Shown: positions 12,816 through 25,514, numbered from the whole stretch's first letter. The stretch: 63,877 bases of DNA, filler included, from Lama guanicoe (GCA_013239625.1; 203 parts of 203 records of this genome joined end to end with filler, not necessarily neighbours in it); one strand, 5' to 3'. Notes: generated from the sequence alone by a model not told the origin. Numbers and translations: made by a program.

Positions 12816-13574
12816 NNNNNNNNNNNNNNNNNNNNNNNNNNNNNNNNNNNNNNNNNNNNTTAATTAATTAANNNNNNNNNNNNNNNNNNNNNNNNNNNNN
12901 NNNNNNNNNNNNNNNAAAGAAGTATTAAGTAAGTTAACTAAACCAAATAGCCAACTGGGGCCAAATTCACAGAGGCAGCCTCAGGTGCCATGGCTGGGAG
13001 TGTATGCAGAACAGAATAGCCTGGGTCCCCCATCAAAAAAGATAAAGAAGAAGGAACAAAAACAACACTGCTGGTGCACATTGCAGGGAAGGATGCAATA
13101 CCACGGGGCCATAGCCTTTGTCTCTGAAGANNNNNNNNNNNNNNNNNNNNNNNNNNNNNNNNNNNNNNNNNNNNTTAATTAATTAANNNNNNNNNNNNNN
13201 NNNNNNNNNNNNNNNNNNNNNNNNNNNNNNGTGTGTGTGTGTGTGTGTATGACATTTGAGGGATTCTGAGATGAATGAATAACGATAAAAGAACCAGTGA
13301 AAAACCACTTCCTCAACCTTCCTACTTCTAAAGAGAATCTGAATTAGAGGGGTTCACACATGCAAAAAAAAATGTATTGTCACCCACCCTGCCAGAGCTG
13401 TGTAGACCTACAAAAAATACTGTTGCCCATCCTCCAGCTCCACAANNNNNNNNNNNNNNNNNNNNNNNNNNNNNNNNNNNNNNNNNNNNTTAATTAATTA
13501 ANNNNNNNNNNNNNNNNNNNNNNNNNNNNNNNNNNNNNNNNNNNNCTGGTGGTGATAATGACTCTTGTGATTAC

Positions 13575-13700
13575 TATCATTTTTCAGTTCTCATTGTTAC
13601 TTCGCTTTTTGGTGGCATTTAAAACTCCTGACCATCCAATTCTTAAAAATTGGCCACTCTTGTCCTTGTCTTCTGCGACCTGGTTCCCTGGCCTTCACTT
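13575..13700 (+). mobile_element. L2 ORF2 degenerate fragment
   Basis: gcatttaaaactcctgaccatc resembles the decayed AFDTVDH-coding segment, followed by cttgtcttctgcgac. Confidence 0.45.
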
Positions 13701-14249
13701 TACAAAACAGGCATAAATCCAAAGAACTCACAGAAATCCACCACCCACCTGCGTCCATAANNNNNNNNNNNNNNNNNNNNNNNNNNNNNNNNNNNNNNNN
13801 NNNNTTAATTAATTAANNNNNNNNNNNNNNNNNNNNNNNNNNNNNNNNNNNNNNNNNNNNAGTATTCACAGAATCAGAGTATTCAAAACACATTGTCAAA
13901 TTGCCCTGCGTAAAGATAAAGGTTGTATTAATTTATGCAATTTATGAAATATTGTGTTTTCCTTATCTTTACATCATGGATACTAAAAACTTAATTTTTT
14001 CCAGTTACATGGAATCTGTCTAAATAAATTATTATGACCAAAACTTTTTAATGCTATTATTTGACTGTATTAGAANNNNNNNNNNNNNNNNNNNNNNNNN
14101 NNNNNNNNNNNNNNNNNNNTTAATTAATTAANNNNNNNNNNNNNNNNNNNNNNNNNNNNNNNNNNNNNNNNNNNNGCTGTGATAGCTGGATAGGCAGGCC
14201 ATGTACACCTATCAGATCTGCAGCCAGAGTGCCAGAATGTTCATTTTGC

Positions 14250-14390
14250 ATTGGTCAGTCCGTGCTGCTTTTAGCAAGGTATTATAAGAACGAAATAAAC
14301 ACAGACAAGAATTGGCAAATTTAAAAGCAGAGATGAAGTAAAACAGATGAGGTTGGAAATAACCTCCTGCTTCCATACTTCAAATAGTTG
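14250..14390 (+). mobile_element. MaLR internal (MLT1-int) fragment
   Basis: gctgcttttagcaaggtattataagaa...aagaattggcaaatttaaaagcagagatgaag. Confidence 0.55.
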
Positions 14391-14805
14391 NNNNNNNNNN
14401 NNNNNNNNNNNNNNNNNNNNNNNNNNNNNNNNNNTTAATTAATTAANNNNNNNNNNNNNNNNNNNNNNNNNNNNNNNNNNNNNNNNNNNNGCCCTCAGCC
14501 TTTTGGAGGTGTGATGCTTTGTTATTCATTGGATTCATAGCATTTTGTCAGGAAGCTCTGCCAACACAAACGCCTGACGTTTGAGGGACCCACCTGTGAG
14601 GACCTCTGTCTGCATCACGTCCGTCAGAGCGGCCGGAAGCGGGTTCACCAGTTGGAGCCAGTTTGCCGTCGATGTGGAGCAGGGACAGAGGTGGGGGCTA
14701 AGCGTNNNNNNNNNNNNNNNNNNNNNNNNNNNNNNNNNNNNNNNNNNNNTTAATTAATTAANNNNNNNNNNNNNNNNNNNNNNNNNNNNNNNNNNNNNNN
14801 NNNNN

Positions 14806-15020
14806 GCCATGTCCTGAGTCAGCTCACTCTCCCACCTCCTGAGAGGGCTGTCTCCCACTTCCTCCTCCCTCCTCATTCCTCTCCACTCCATCCACAATCC
14901 TTATTCTTAATAGCTTCTGTTTTCACTCAGAAAATAAAAGAGGACTCAGGTAAGAATGACATCATCATCCTCCCGCACTCCTGCATCTGCACCTGTATCC
15001 TCACCTTCCCACCAGTGATG
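14806..15020 (+). mobile_element. L2 ORF2 fragment
   Basis: gcttctgttttcactcagaaaataaaaga...cctgcatctgcacctgtatcctcaccttccc. Confidence 0.55.
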
Positions 15021-15816
15021 NNNNNNNNNNNNNNNNNNNNNNNNNNNNNNNNNNNNNNNNNNNNTTAATTAATTAANNNNNNNNNNNNNNNNNNNNNNNN
15101 NNNNNNNNNNNNNNNNNNNNGACCAGACTCTGTGTTCCTTGAGGCAAGGACAGCCCACAGAACTGAGGCTCAATCAATCAGACTGTTTAAGGGAGTGTTG
15201 TTCAAGTTTAGCAGCAAAACAGAATTAGCTCTTAACACAAAATAAGCAAAAAAGCCCACACTGATTTATCATTCTTTTATTACTAGTTCAAGATGCCTGG
15301 CACATTTATCTCCTTTCTGCTATATATAGTAAATANNNNNNNNNNNNNNNNNNNNNNNNNNNNNNNNNNNNNNNNNNNNTTAATTAATTAANNNNNNNNN
15401 NNNNNNNNNNNNNNNNNNNNNNNNNNNNNNNNNNNAAACAGTATGACAAATACTTCTGAAATAAGAGAAAACATAGGTTAAAAATCCAAACAGAATCTAT
15501 AAAACACAAATCGCACATTTTTGAGCCATAAAGATGGGTTTAATGAATCGAGGGGGAATCAATTAAGAAATGGATACAATGCAGGATATAACACTAACAC
15601 CCGCCACAATTCATCAATGGTAGGTTTATATAATACAATAAAAATCAAAANNNNNNNNNNNNNNNNNNNNNNNNNNNNNNNNNNNNNNNNNNNNTTAATT
15701 AATTAANNNNNNNNNNNNNNNNNNNNNNNNNNNNNNNNNNNNNNNNNNNNATTTTCAGACAATTTTTTAAAGTTACTTTCCATTTACAGTTATTACAAAG
15801 CCAAATACCATTAAAA

Positions 15817-15918
15817 TTTTTTTTTTTTTAGTTTATATTTTAATGAAGGTACTGGGGATTGAACCCAGGACCTCACGCACACTAACCATGTGCTCTACCA
15901 CTGAGCTATTACCCTCCA
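15817..15918 (-). mobile_element. tRNA-Ala-like SINE (Vic-1-like, camelid)
   Basis: T-rich tail then ggtactggggattgaacccaggacctc...gctctaccactgagctattaccctcc; A and B boxes on minus strand. Confidence 0.85.
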
Positions 15919-17010
15919 CCACTTGTTACCATTTTAATATTAGTCTCTGATCACAAACCTCCCAANNNNNNNNNNNNNNNNNNNNNNNNNNNNNNNNNNN
16001 NNNNNNNNNTTAATTAATTAANNNNNNNNNNNNNNNNNNNNNNNNNNNNNNNNNNNNNNNNNNNNTCAGTCTGCCCCCTGATGCGGGAACCCTATCCAGG
16101 TGTTCAGGGTTGTGTTTTATTGTTTGTTTGCTTGCTTTTCATGGAAGAGTATCCTTGTCTGAATGGTACGACAAATATTTGATTTCCTGCAGGCGGCACT
16201 CAGGAAAACTCCCCCGTCACCTGCAAAGCCATCCTGCTAAGTGCAGATGCAGGAGGTCCTGGAAGGCAGAGAGGAAGGTGNNNNNNNNNNNNNNNNNNNN
16301 NNNNNNNNNNNNNNNNNNNNNNNNTTAATTAATTAANNNNNNNNNNNNNNNNNNNNNNNNNNNNNNNNNNNNNNNNNNNNCTAAGGTTCAACAGGCCGTC
16401 TTTATGTGCCCATCTCTGAACCCATCACTGTGATAGGAAGATGCAGTCCTCTGGAACTAGGTCTGGGGTCAATCCCACATGATTCATATGGCTGAGAATG
16501 GGAGAAGCAAGGCAGAGATTTCTCAGAGGAAATTCGGACTTCTCTTCCCAGAAAGTAGAAGAATAAAAAGTGGGCAACAAACAGCAAGTGTCCACNNNNN
16601 NNNNNNNNNNNNNNNNNNNNNNNNNNNNNNNNNNNNNNNTTAATTAATTAANNNNNNNNNNNNNNNNNNNNNNNNNNNNNNNNNNNNNNNNNNNNCACCA
16701 CAGTGCCCCAAGCATGGGCTAGTCGCGTTCCCCTAAGTCCACCCCACCTGGGCACTGCCTCCGTGCTCCTCCTTGTGAGGAAAGAGTGTTGATGATTTCT
16801 TCCCGCCTAGCGCTTCTGGAGAGGTCTGGGACTGAAGTGAACAAAGGTCTCCTGCCTCTTTTCTGCGGCCTCTATGATAGTGTGGTTGATTTGGATTAGA
16901 GAAATGTTGANNNNNNNNNNNNNNNNNNNNNNNNNNNNNNNNNNNNNNNNNNNNTTAATTAATTAANNNNNNNNNNNNNNNNNNNNNNNNNNNNNNNNNN
17001 NNNNNNNNNN

Positions 17011-17104
17011 ACGAACTGCGTGTCATCCACGTAGCCGACTTCCATGTACCAGGGCTCCCCGAGGCCAGGCCGGGACACCCTCGTTTCGAAATACCTCTTG
17101 CAGC
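17011..17104 (-). CDS. MHC class I heavy chain exon 2 (alpha-1 domain) 5' part; gene or pseudogene
   Basis: After ccccAG acceptor (17106-17105) reads (G)[31 protein letters not shown], matching the class [31 protein letters not shown] signature; open to contig edge. Confidence 0.93.
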
Positions 17105-17225
17105 CTGGGGGCGGGGAGGGGTGAGACCCTGCCCGACCCTCCTCCGGGCGCGTGTCAGGGTCTGCGGTCTAAGGGGCGGAAGTGGGGCGGGGATGAGGGG
17201 GCTCGCGAGACGGAAAAGCGGTGGC
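17105..17225 (-). other. MHC class I intron 1 (3' part)
   Basis: Minus strand cgcgcccggaggagggtcgggcagggtctcacccctccccgcccccag is the typical class I intron 1 3' end. Confidence 0.85.
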
Positions 17226-18138
17226 NNNNNNNNNNNNNNNNNNNNNNNNNNNNNNNNNNNNNNNNNNNNTTAATTAATTAANNNNNNNNNNNNNNNNNNN
17301 NNNNNNNNNNNNNNNNNNNNNNNNNCTTCTTTTTTGAATTTTGACTCATAAGTCCTGGCTGCCTTGGCACCTCTCTGTTGATTTTTAAAGATTTTAAAGT
17401 TATTGTTAGCAGGAGAATGAAAATTGATACAAGCCAGTCTACCACAGACACGAACAGAAATCTTGTAACCTGCTTGTATGAAGGAGTTTTATGACCGCTA
17501 CTTTGTGCTAGACCTGGAGGTTAAGTAGAAAAGGAATCAANNNNNNNNNNNNNNNNNNNNNNNNNNNNNNNNNNNNNNNNNNNNTTAATTAATTAANNNN
17601 NNNNNNNNNNNNNNNNNNNNNNNNNNNNNNNNNNNNNNNNTAGAAAGAAGCCCGTGGAATATAGGCTTAGTCTTTGTTTTAGCTGAAACACCTCTGCTCA
17701 TCGATGCACCCGTGTTGCCCCCCCCTCCCCGGGCAGGCTGCGGCACTTCCTGAATCCTGGGTCTGCCACGTCACCAGTTAACAATGAACTGGACCTTAGT
17801 TACATGCAGGGGGACACAGAAACATGAGTCACTGTCCATACATGGGTGTGTCAAGNNNNNNNNNNNNNNNNNNNNNNNNNNNNNNNNNNNNNNNNNNNNT
17901 TAATTAATTAANNNNNNNNNNNNNNNNNNNNNNNNNNNNNNNNNNNNNNNNNNNNTTTTTAAGGGATTTTCTGTTAGGATCTTTATAAGAATACTGAAAT
18001 GCTTGTTTGAATTTGGTAGTATGTAACATTTTTCAGCTCATATAAAAATGGAACTAGAACCTGAACTGTTATCTGCAACATTGCCAAAGTCTGGGGTAAA
18101 GCTAAAAGTTGATAGAGATTTATTGATCTGTGTGTATA

Positions 18139-18140
<2 letters not shown>

Positions 18141-18169
<29 letters not shown>
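18141..18169 (+). repeat. (TG)n microsatellite at end of a 214-bp contig
   Basis: Seen directly. Confidence 0.95.
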
Positions 18170-18899
18170 NNNNNNNNNNNNNNNNNNNNNNNNNNNNNNN
18201 NNNNNNNNNNNNNTTAATTAATTAANNNNNNNNNNNNNNNNNNNNNNNNNNNNNNNNNNNNNNNNNNNNCCAGCAAAACACACTGGAGCTCTCCTCCACA
18301 GGTTTGCCTGCCCCTCCCATCCTCCTTCCCTCTCCCTCCCATCCCCTCTCCACCTCTCCCCTCCCCTCTTCTCCCCACCTCCCTCCCAGACACAGCCTTA
18401 TTTACTCCCTCCCTTTGTTCTGACACTTGGTTCACGAGGTTTCATACAGGCATGGATCCCTCTCTCTCAGGACCAGTTCAGTATNNNNNNNNNNNNNNNN
18501 NNNNNNNNNNNNNNNNNNNNNNNNNNNNTTAATTAATTAANNNNNNNNNNNNNNNNNNNNNNNNNNNNNNNNNNNNNNNNNNNNCACAAAGTAGTTGGTT
18601 TCTTTTAAAACAGGGGCAGATAATCAAGTATTTACAAAACTTGTTTGGTGTAAAATTTTCACTTTTCCTACATATTTATTTTTGTGTAGAAACACATTTA
18701 CGGAAACACACACATATACTTACACAGGAATATCATGTGTCTCACAGACCTTGACTTAGAAAAATTGGCTACTATGTTTTTCTGCCAATTATACATACGN
18801 NNNNNNNNNNNNNNNNNNNNNNNNNNNNNNNNNNNNNNNNNNNTTAATTAATTAANNNNNNNNNNNNNNNNNNNNNNNNNNNNNNNNNNNNNNNNNNNN

Positions 18900-19114
18900 C
18901 AAGCGCTTCTCATCAGCAGACGCCGTAAAGGGAGTGAAAAGGCCAGCCACAGAGACATGGAAAATACAGCAAGCAAAGGACTGGCACCCAGAGTCTCTGA
19001 AGAACTCCCACAGATCAGTAAGGAGAAGGTGGCCAACCCAGGAGAGAGAATGGGCAAAAGGTAGGAAGACCCAAACAGGCTCCTTCCAGGGAGGAAATGC
19101 AACTGATAAACATA
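18900..19114 (+). mobile_element. Old L1 ORF2 fragment, GC-shifted
   Basis: caaaggactggcacccagagtctctgaagaactcccacagatcagtaaggagaag...gaatgggcaaaag...gaggaaatgcaactgataaacata. Confidence 0.7.
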
Positions 19115-19844
19115 NNNNNNNNNNNNNNNNNNNNNNNNNNNNNNNNNNNNNNNNNNNNTTAATTAATTAANNNNNNNNNNNNNNNNNNNNNNNNNNNNNN
19201 NNNNNNNNNNNNNNCTCTCCTCCAGCCATCCTTACTGCCCAGCAAAAACTCCATGAAGAGCATCTTGGGTGAAATCGGATGTGTGCATGTCTTTGTTAAA
19301 TAAAACACTTTATAAGCCAAGACATAAAGTGTTAGTCTCAGGGCAGAAACGCCAAGCCAGGCACAGTGTGGTGACATTATTTTTTGCAGGCAGTTTCTCT
19401 TACTTACATCGTGTGTAGTTGGGTAGAGTNNNNNNNNNNNNNNNNNNNNNNNNNNNNNNNNNNNNNNNNNNNNTTAATTAATTAANNNNNNNNNNNNNNN
19501 NNNNNNNNNNNNNNNNNNNNNNNNNNNNNGGCTCTACCCCTGAGCTACAATTTACTTCCTAGTATTCCATATCCAAATCAAACAGCATATCGTAAGAGAA
19601 GTCTTACTGCTTGGTAACTTGCAGGTTAACTGTTCTCACGTTGCTGACTGCAGAATAAAATAAAATTCTGACCCTGTTGGGAGACATGTGACAAGCCTTG
19701 CGTCTCTAAGGCAACTTCTGGATTCTACATGCTAAATTCCAATANNNNNNNNNNNNNNNNNNNNNNNNNNNNNNNNNNNNNNNNNNNNTTAATTAATTAA
19801 NNNNNNNNNNNNNNNNNNNNNNNNNNNNNNNNNNNNNNNNNNNN

Positions 19845-20059
19845 TGTAAGGCAGCAAAATAAAGAAGGAAGAAAATACTCACAAGTGGATGAAGCTGTGT
19901 TGTAGTTACTAAGACGGGTGCAAAATGATTGTCTCTATATTGAATGTCAAATAATGCAAGTAAAAGCAGGAAAAATTGCTCAGTTCCTTAGAATGGGTGA
20001 AAGAAATGTTGAAGCAAGAAGGGGCGAGTGCAAGACTGTCCGTCGCACTGCTGTAAAAA
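19845..20059 (+). mobile_element. TcMar (pogo/Tc2, Kanga-like) DNA transposase fossil, CENP-B-type HTH region
   Basis: Broken translation Y-SQVDEAVL...QIMQVKAGKIAQFLRMGERNVEARRGEC resembles YPQVDEAVL...MQLKAGEIA...FKA.RGWC of pogo-like transposases; stops/frameshifts present. Confidence 0.6.
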
Positions 20060-21119
20060 NNNNNNNNNNNNNNNNNNNNNNNNNNNNNNNNNNNNNNNNN
20101 NNNTTAATTAATTAANNNNNNNNNNNNNNNNNNNNNNNNNNNNNNNNNNNNNNNNNNNNTAGTGGAAGTACAGGTGGAAGGTGATAAAAAAGGGAAGAAG
20201 GACCTGATGTGATGGAGAGGGAAATTATTAAAGTAATGATGAACCACTCTGGGGAAATCTTACACTTCCTGAAAGAAGACCGAATTTCAAAAGTGTGTGT
20301 AAAATCATGAACTCAAGGAACATGGAAAATGCAAGCATGCACTTGTTTGAAGGCTGCAGTGTACAGTCAGCGGANNNNNNNNNNNNNNNNNNNNNNNNNN
20401 NNNNNNNNNNNNNNNNNNTTAATTAATTAANNNNNNNNNNNNNNNNNNNNNNNNNNNNNNNNNNNNNNNNNNNNAGCTAGGAAACAGGAGGCTGATAACG
20501 GTGCCTCCCTCATCTCACACATTTTAGCCAGCGTCTGAGAGCAGTCAGCACACAGAGGAGGAAGCTCTTGGAAGCGTCCTGGGGGACGTCCTCTCCGGGA
20601 GCCGGGAGCCGCTGCGCCCCCGCAGGAGGAGGGCCTCGTTCTCTGTGTTGCTCCACTAGCAGGACACTTGTGACAGTATCCGGCGGGGTNNNNNNNNNNN
20701 NNNNNNNNNNNNNNNNNNNNNNNNNNNNNNNNNTTAATTAATTAANNNNNNNNNNNNNNNNNNNNNNNNNNNNNNNNNNNNNNNNNNNNAATTTTGCAAA
20801 ACATTCAGCCGAAATGAAGGTGAACAAAATATTTTCTAATATTTTTACTTCATAGATTTCAACTTGCAACTTTCACACTGCTACTGGGTTACAGCGAACT
20901 TTCTCTCCTCGTTCTCCCCACCATACACTGGCCAGAGTGCTGTACTGTAGTTTTTAAACATGTCTTTCTGTTTGAGGCTTCCTTTCTTCCACAAGCTATA
21001 TGCTNNNNNNNNNNNNNNNNNNNNNNNNNNNNNNNNNNNNNNNNNNNNTTAATTAATTAANNNNNNNNNNNNNNNNNNNNNNNNNNNNNNNNNNNNNNNN
21101 NNNNCGAGGTGGAGCACGG

Positions 21120-21295
21120 CGGGTGTAGCAGAATGGGGAAGGACATTCCGAGTTATATGGGAAAGCACAGAAGTGAGAGGCACCAGCATGGCCCAAGCAC
21201 TGGGAGTCGTTTGGCATGGCTGTGATGCACGGGCGGACGGGGGCCATGTCTGGGAGTGAGGGAGTGGAGATAGTTGATGGGAAGCCTGATCCTTC
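21120..21295 (-). mobile_element. L2 fragment
   Basis: gggaaggacattcc...gaaagcacagaagtgagagg...agcatggc...tggcatggctg...ggagatag. Confidence 0.55.
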
Positions 21296-21734
21296 TGGCA
21301 AGCTCTCCTCCTCCCCCTCNNNNNNNNNNNNNNNNNNNNNNNNNNNNNNNNNNNNNNNNNNNNTTAATTAATTAANNNNNNNNNNNNNNNNNNNNNNNNN
21401 NNNNNNNNNNNNNNNNNNNCCGTCCAGGAAAGACCCCTAAACATATAATGAATGTTAAGATGGGGGGGCCAGAGGAGGGGCACACAGGTGAACCTGGGGG
21501 TTCAGGGGAGCTCCCGGGAGGAAATATTAGTTGAGTGTGGAAGGGAGAGTCCGTGGTGGCCAGGGAAGGAAGTGTGAGATGGCAGTACCGCAAAACAATG
21601 GAACTCAGCAGGAAGTTCCACTCTGCCACCGGTCNNNNNNNNNNNNNNNNNNNNNNNNNNNNNNNNNNNNNNNNNNNNTTAATTAATTAANNNNNNNNNN
21701 NNNNNNNNNNNNNNNNNNNNNNNNNNNNNNNNNN

Positions 21735-21824
21735 TTTGGAACTTTCTGGAATTCTTTTGCCAGATATTTTCCTGGTTGGTTGCGTACGAGGGTGCCGAAT
21801 TCGGGCATAGGGAGCACCTACTGT
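21735..21824. mobile_element. Tigger2/MER8-like terminal fragment
   Basis: tttggaactttctggaatt...atattttc...ggttggtt...ggagcacctactgt resembles the terminal inverted repeat region. Confidence 0.6.
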
Positions 21825-22049
21825 CATTTTTTAGTTCATGTTGGGTTTAATTTTTATATACGCGTGGGAACAGATGAACAATTTCACAAAGATGTTTAAA
21901 GGAGATCATAGAAAGGCTTTTTAAATGCGGTGTCTTTCTTTTTGATTAANNNNNNNNNNNNNNNNNNNNNNNNNNNNNNNNNNNNNNNNNNNNTTAATTA
22001 ATTAANNNNNNNNNNNNNNNNNNNNNNNNNNNNNNNNNNNNNNNNNNNN

Positions 22050-22108
22050 CAAGCTCCCAGGTGATAAATCTGCTCCTTGTCCCTGAGCCACCCTGAATAA
22101 TAAAGGAC
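22050..22108. mobile_element. MER5A-like end (hAT-Charlie)
   Basis: caagctcccaggtgat...ctgct...tcc...ccaccctgaataa. Confidence 0.45.
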
Positions 22109-22364
22109 TGCATTCTGTCTTCCTCTTTCTCTTTACAATACTTGGAGAAATATTGTCACCTCAATAGTTCTCAAGAGTAAAATAATAAGAACGATCAGAG
22201 TCACAACTGTGTTTCTCCTTAGAGAAATCACTAAGGAACTAGGAAAGTGCCAAGTCTCTTGGCCNNNNNNNNNNNNNNNNNNNNNNNNNNNNNNNNNNNN
22301 NNNNNNNNTTAATTAATTAANNNNNNNNNNNNNNNNNNNNNNNNNNNNNNNNNNNNNNNNNNNN

Positions 22365-22460
22365 GGCTATAGCTCAGGCGTAGAGCACATGCTTAGCATG
22401 CTTGAGGTCCTGGATTCAGTCCCCAGTACCTCCACTAAAAAAAAGGAAAGAAAGAAAAAG
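22365..22460 (+). mobile_element. tRNA-Ala-like SINE (Vic-1-like) with A-rich tail
   Basis: tatagctcaggcgtagagcacatgcttagcatgcttgaggtcctggattcagtccccagtacctcca then A/GAAA tail. Confidence 0.88.
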
Positions 22461-24069
22461 TGCTAGGTTTAATGTCTTCTCACATATAAGGGCAAGTCAT
22501 TTTGTCATCCTGAAATGCGGGGACATCCATTGGTCCTTATCAATGCAAAGTGATGATCCTATATCATAGTTTTTCTAATNNNNNNNNNNNNNNNNNNNNN
22601 NNNNNNNNNNNNNNNNNNNNNNNTTAATTAATTAANNNNNNNNNNNNNNNNNNNNNNNNNNNNNNNNNNNNNNNNNNNNCTCTATTTTTGTTTTTCTCTT
22701 ATGTCACCTTACAATAAATAAATGTCTGTTGTATGATTTTCCTTTCCAGCAGAGTAAGATTTATCTCTGTGAGAAATAGCAGATCTAGGTGGGAAGTGCT
22801 GAATCTTTAAGGAGCTTGGTCAATTTCTTTTGTCTAGATCTTTGTCTTGTGCAATTACTGTAGCAGATGTAAGGTTTTGGGGAAAGGCATGGTGNNNNNN
22901 NNNNNNNNNNNNNNNNNNNNNNNNNNNNNNNNNNNNNNTTAATTAATTAANNNNNNNNNNNNNNNNNNNNNNNNNNNNNNNNNNNNNNNNNNNNCTCAGT
23001 CTGTTTCCTAGTGCCAGTTTGAAGTTCCTGCAGTTTTCACTGTGAAATCGAGTTGGGGCTTGTACCAAACCATATATATTTATGGAGAGGGGAGTGCAAA
23101 TGAAGAGAAACTTTGTCTTCCCAACAAGCGAGGTGAAGGACGGCTTTCACACACGCCTAATCTCAAAACTGAGCATGTGGAGAGACGTTCGTTCATCTAG
23201 CACCAAGGCNNNNNNNNNNNNNNNNNNNNNNNNNNNNNNNNNNNNNNNNNNNNTTAATTAATTAANNNNNNNNNNNNNNNNNNNNNNNNNNNNNNNNNNN
23301 NNNNNNNNNAAAAAAACATATTTATAATTAATTGGTGAGCGATGTCAGACAAATCGTAAGTAGTTCATTGAGTCAGTGGTTTAGTTTGAAGTCTCATGTT
23401 ACAGGCAGTTAAGTCCTTATTTAGAAAAAAGGCCTTTGTACCTATTTACAATATACACAGTTACTTGCAAAGAAGTCAGATTTACAACCATTTTCTAAAA
23501 GCCTTTTTTTTTTTTTTGTAGTCANNNNNNNNNNNNNNNNNNNNNNNNNNNNNNNNNNNNNNNNNNNNTTAATTAATTAANNNNNNNNNNNNNNNNNNNN
23601 NNNNNNNNNNNNNNNNNNNNNNNNGAAAAAAGCAAAGCAACACGGCTGGTGTGCCCTGGGGGGAGGGGCGCTGTAGCCCTTGTCTCCCCAGACCTGTGCC
23701 GCCATTACTGGTGCATCTCACAAGAAGAGAGGCAGGGTGCAGCCACAGCCACCATCTCCTCCTGTGCGCAGTGCCCGGGTCGGGGTGGGGCCGAGGCCTG
23801 AATCCGCACCCGGGGGCTCCGTAACCTCCTAGGCAGGACNNNNNNNNNNNNNNNNNNNNNNNNNNNNNNNNNNNNNNNNNNNNTTAATTAATTAANNNNN
23901 NNNNNNNNNNNNNNNNNNNNNNNNNNNNNNNNNNNNNNNCTTCAAAGCCCTTGATGGCAGAAGAGTGATTCACTGCACAGTACAGTGCTGGGGAGGGTCA
24001 GCAGAAGGACTGGAGAGATCGTAAGGGCCCAAGATGGTGTCAGTTATACTAAGAGCCATGCTCCGGTAC

Positions 24070-24154
24070 TCTTATTATGTCCATTTTACAGATGTAGATA
24101 CTGAGGTACATAAGTGTAAAATCATTTTCTAAGCTCATACACCAGATGGAACTA
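24070..24154 (-). mobile_element. MIR core
   Basis: ttattatgtccattttacagatgtagatactgagg. Confidence 0.65.
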
Positions 24155-25514
24155 NNNNNNNNNNNNNNNNNNNNNNNNNNNNNNNNNNNNNNNNNNNNTT
24201 AATTAATTAANNNNNNNNNNNNNNNNNNNNNNNNNNNNNNNNNNNNNNNNNNNNTCGCAAGATAAGGAGCCTTTCCCTGGGGCAGGACACATTACTGCTA
24301 GTCCTCTGTCTTTTATCACAGCTGTCTTGTATTACAGTGTCTTTCAACACCCTGTTTAAGATGATATTTCCAGAGAATTCCAAGCTGATCTCAAAATGTC
24401 TGAAACCCTGAGTCCCGGAGCTGAGATTACTAAAATAAAACCAAGATTATGTCACATTTTATTGTGCATNNNNNNNNNNNNNNNNNNNNNNNNNNNNNNN
24501 NNNNNNNNNNNNNTTAATTAATTAANNNNNNNNNNNNNNNNNNNNNNNNNNNNNNNNNNNNNNNNNNNNGTTACTAAAAACCTGTAGCCCACAAAGCGGC
24601 TCGTTTCCAGGCACTGCTGTCTTCCTTTCTAGCCATTTCTGTTCAAACTTCTGTGTAGCTGAGGGCTCTTTTCTTGGCCTTCTGTCCCTATTCTATTCAT
24701 TTTTCCTGGATCTCCTTAGAGAAACTGCTCCCACACATAAGTTGATGACACCTTAATCTCTTGTCTTCAAATATGTGGTGAGTANNNNNNNNNNNNNNNN
24801 NNNNNNNNNNNNNNNNNNNNNNNNNNNNTTAATTAATTAANNNNNNNNNNNNNNNNNNNNNNNNNNNNNNNNNNNNNNNNNNNNAATTTCTGTCCAGCAG
24901 ACTCCAAAGGTTATGGTTTTACTACCTGCAGGACGTTAACCAATTTTGTATCTAGTCTAGCAACTTATTTAGTCTAGCAATTTATTTCAACATTCATTCT
25001 TCAGTGTCTGCATACACTTGATTTCTCAAACGCTCTTGGAATCAGCTTTACCATCCTGCTGGTTCCCTCATTAAGGAGACGAATCAATTTTTGACATACN
25101 NNNNNNNNNNNNNNNNNNNNNNNNNNNNNNNNNNNNNNNNNNNTTAATTAATTAANNNNNNNNNNNNNNNNNNNNNNNNNNNNNNNNNNNNNNNNNNNNG
25201 CTCTTCCTGTAACTGAGAGGATGTCCTCGGAGCCCACCTGGGATTGAGCGGGTCAGAGGACTTGCCATTTCGAAGTCAGCCAGGGGAGGACGGTTTACAA
25301 ACGCAGAACCCGGCCCACTTTTGTGAACGGATCGGATGACAGCAAATAGTGGGGCAGGGCTGCCCCGCAGGAGAGGGCCTCTTGTTTCAGGTGTGTAAAT
25401 CACTGAGGCTTATTNNNNNNNNNNNNNNNNNNNNNNNNNNNNNNNNNNNNNNNNNNNNTTAATTAATTAANNNNNNNNNNNNNNNNNNNNNNNNNNNNNN
25501 NNNNNNNNNNNNNN

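Noticed and set aside
22365..22434. Functional tRNA-Ala gene
   Set aside because: Degenerate stems and B box, A-rich tail, and several diverged copies indicate a SINE
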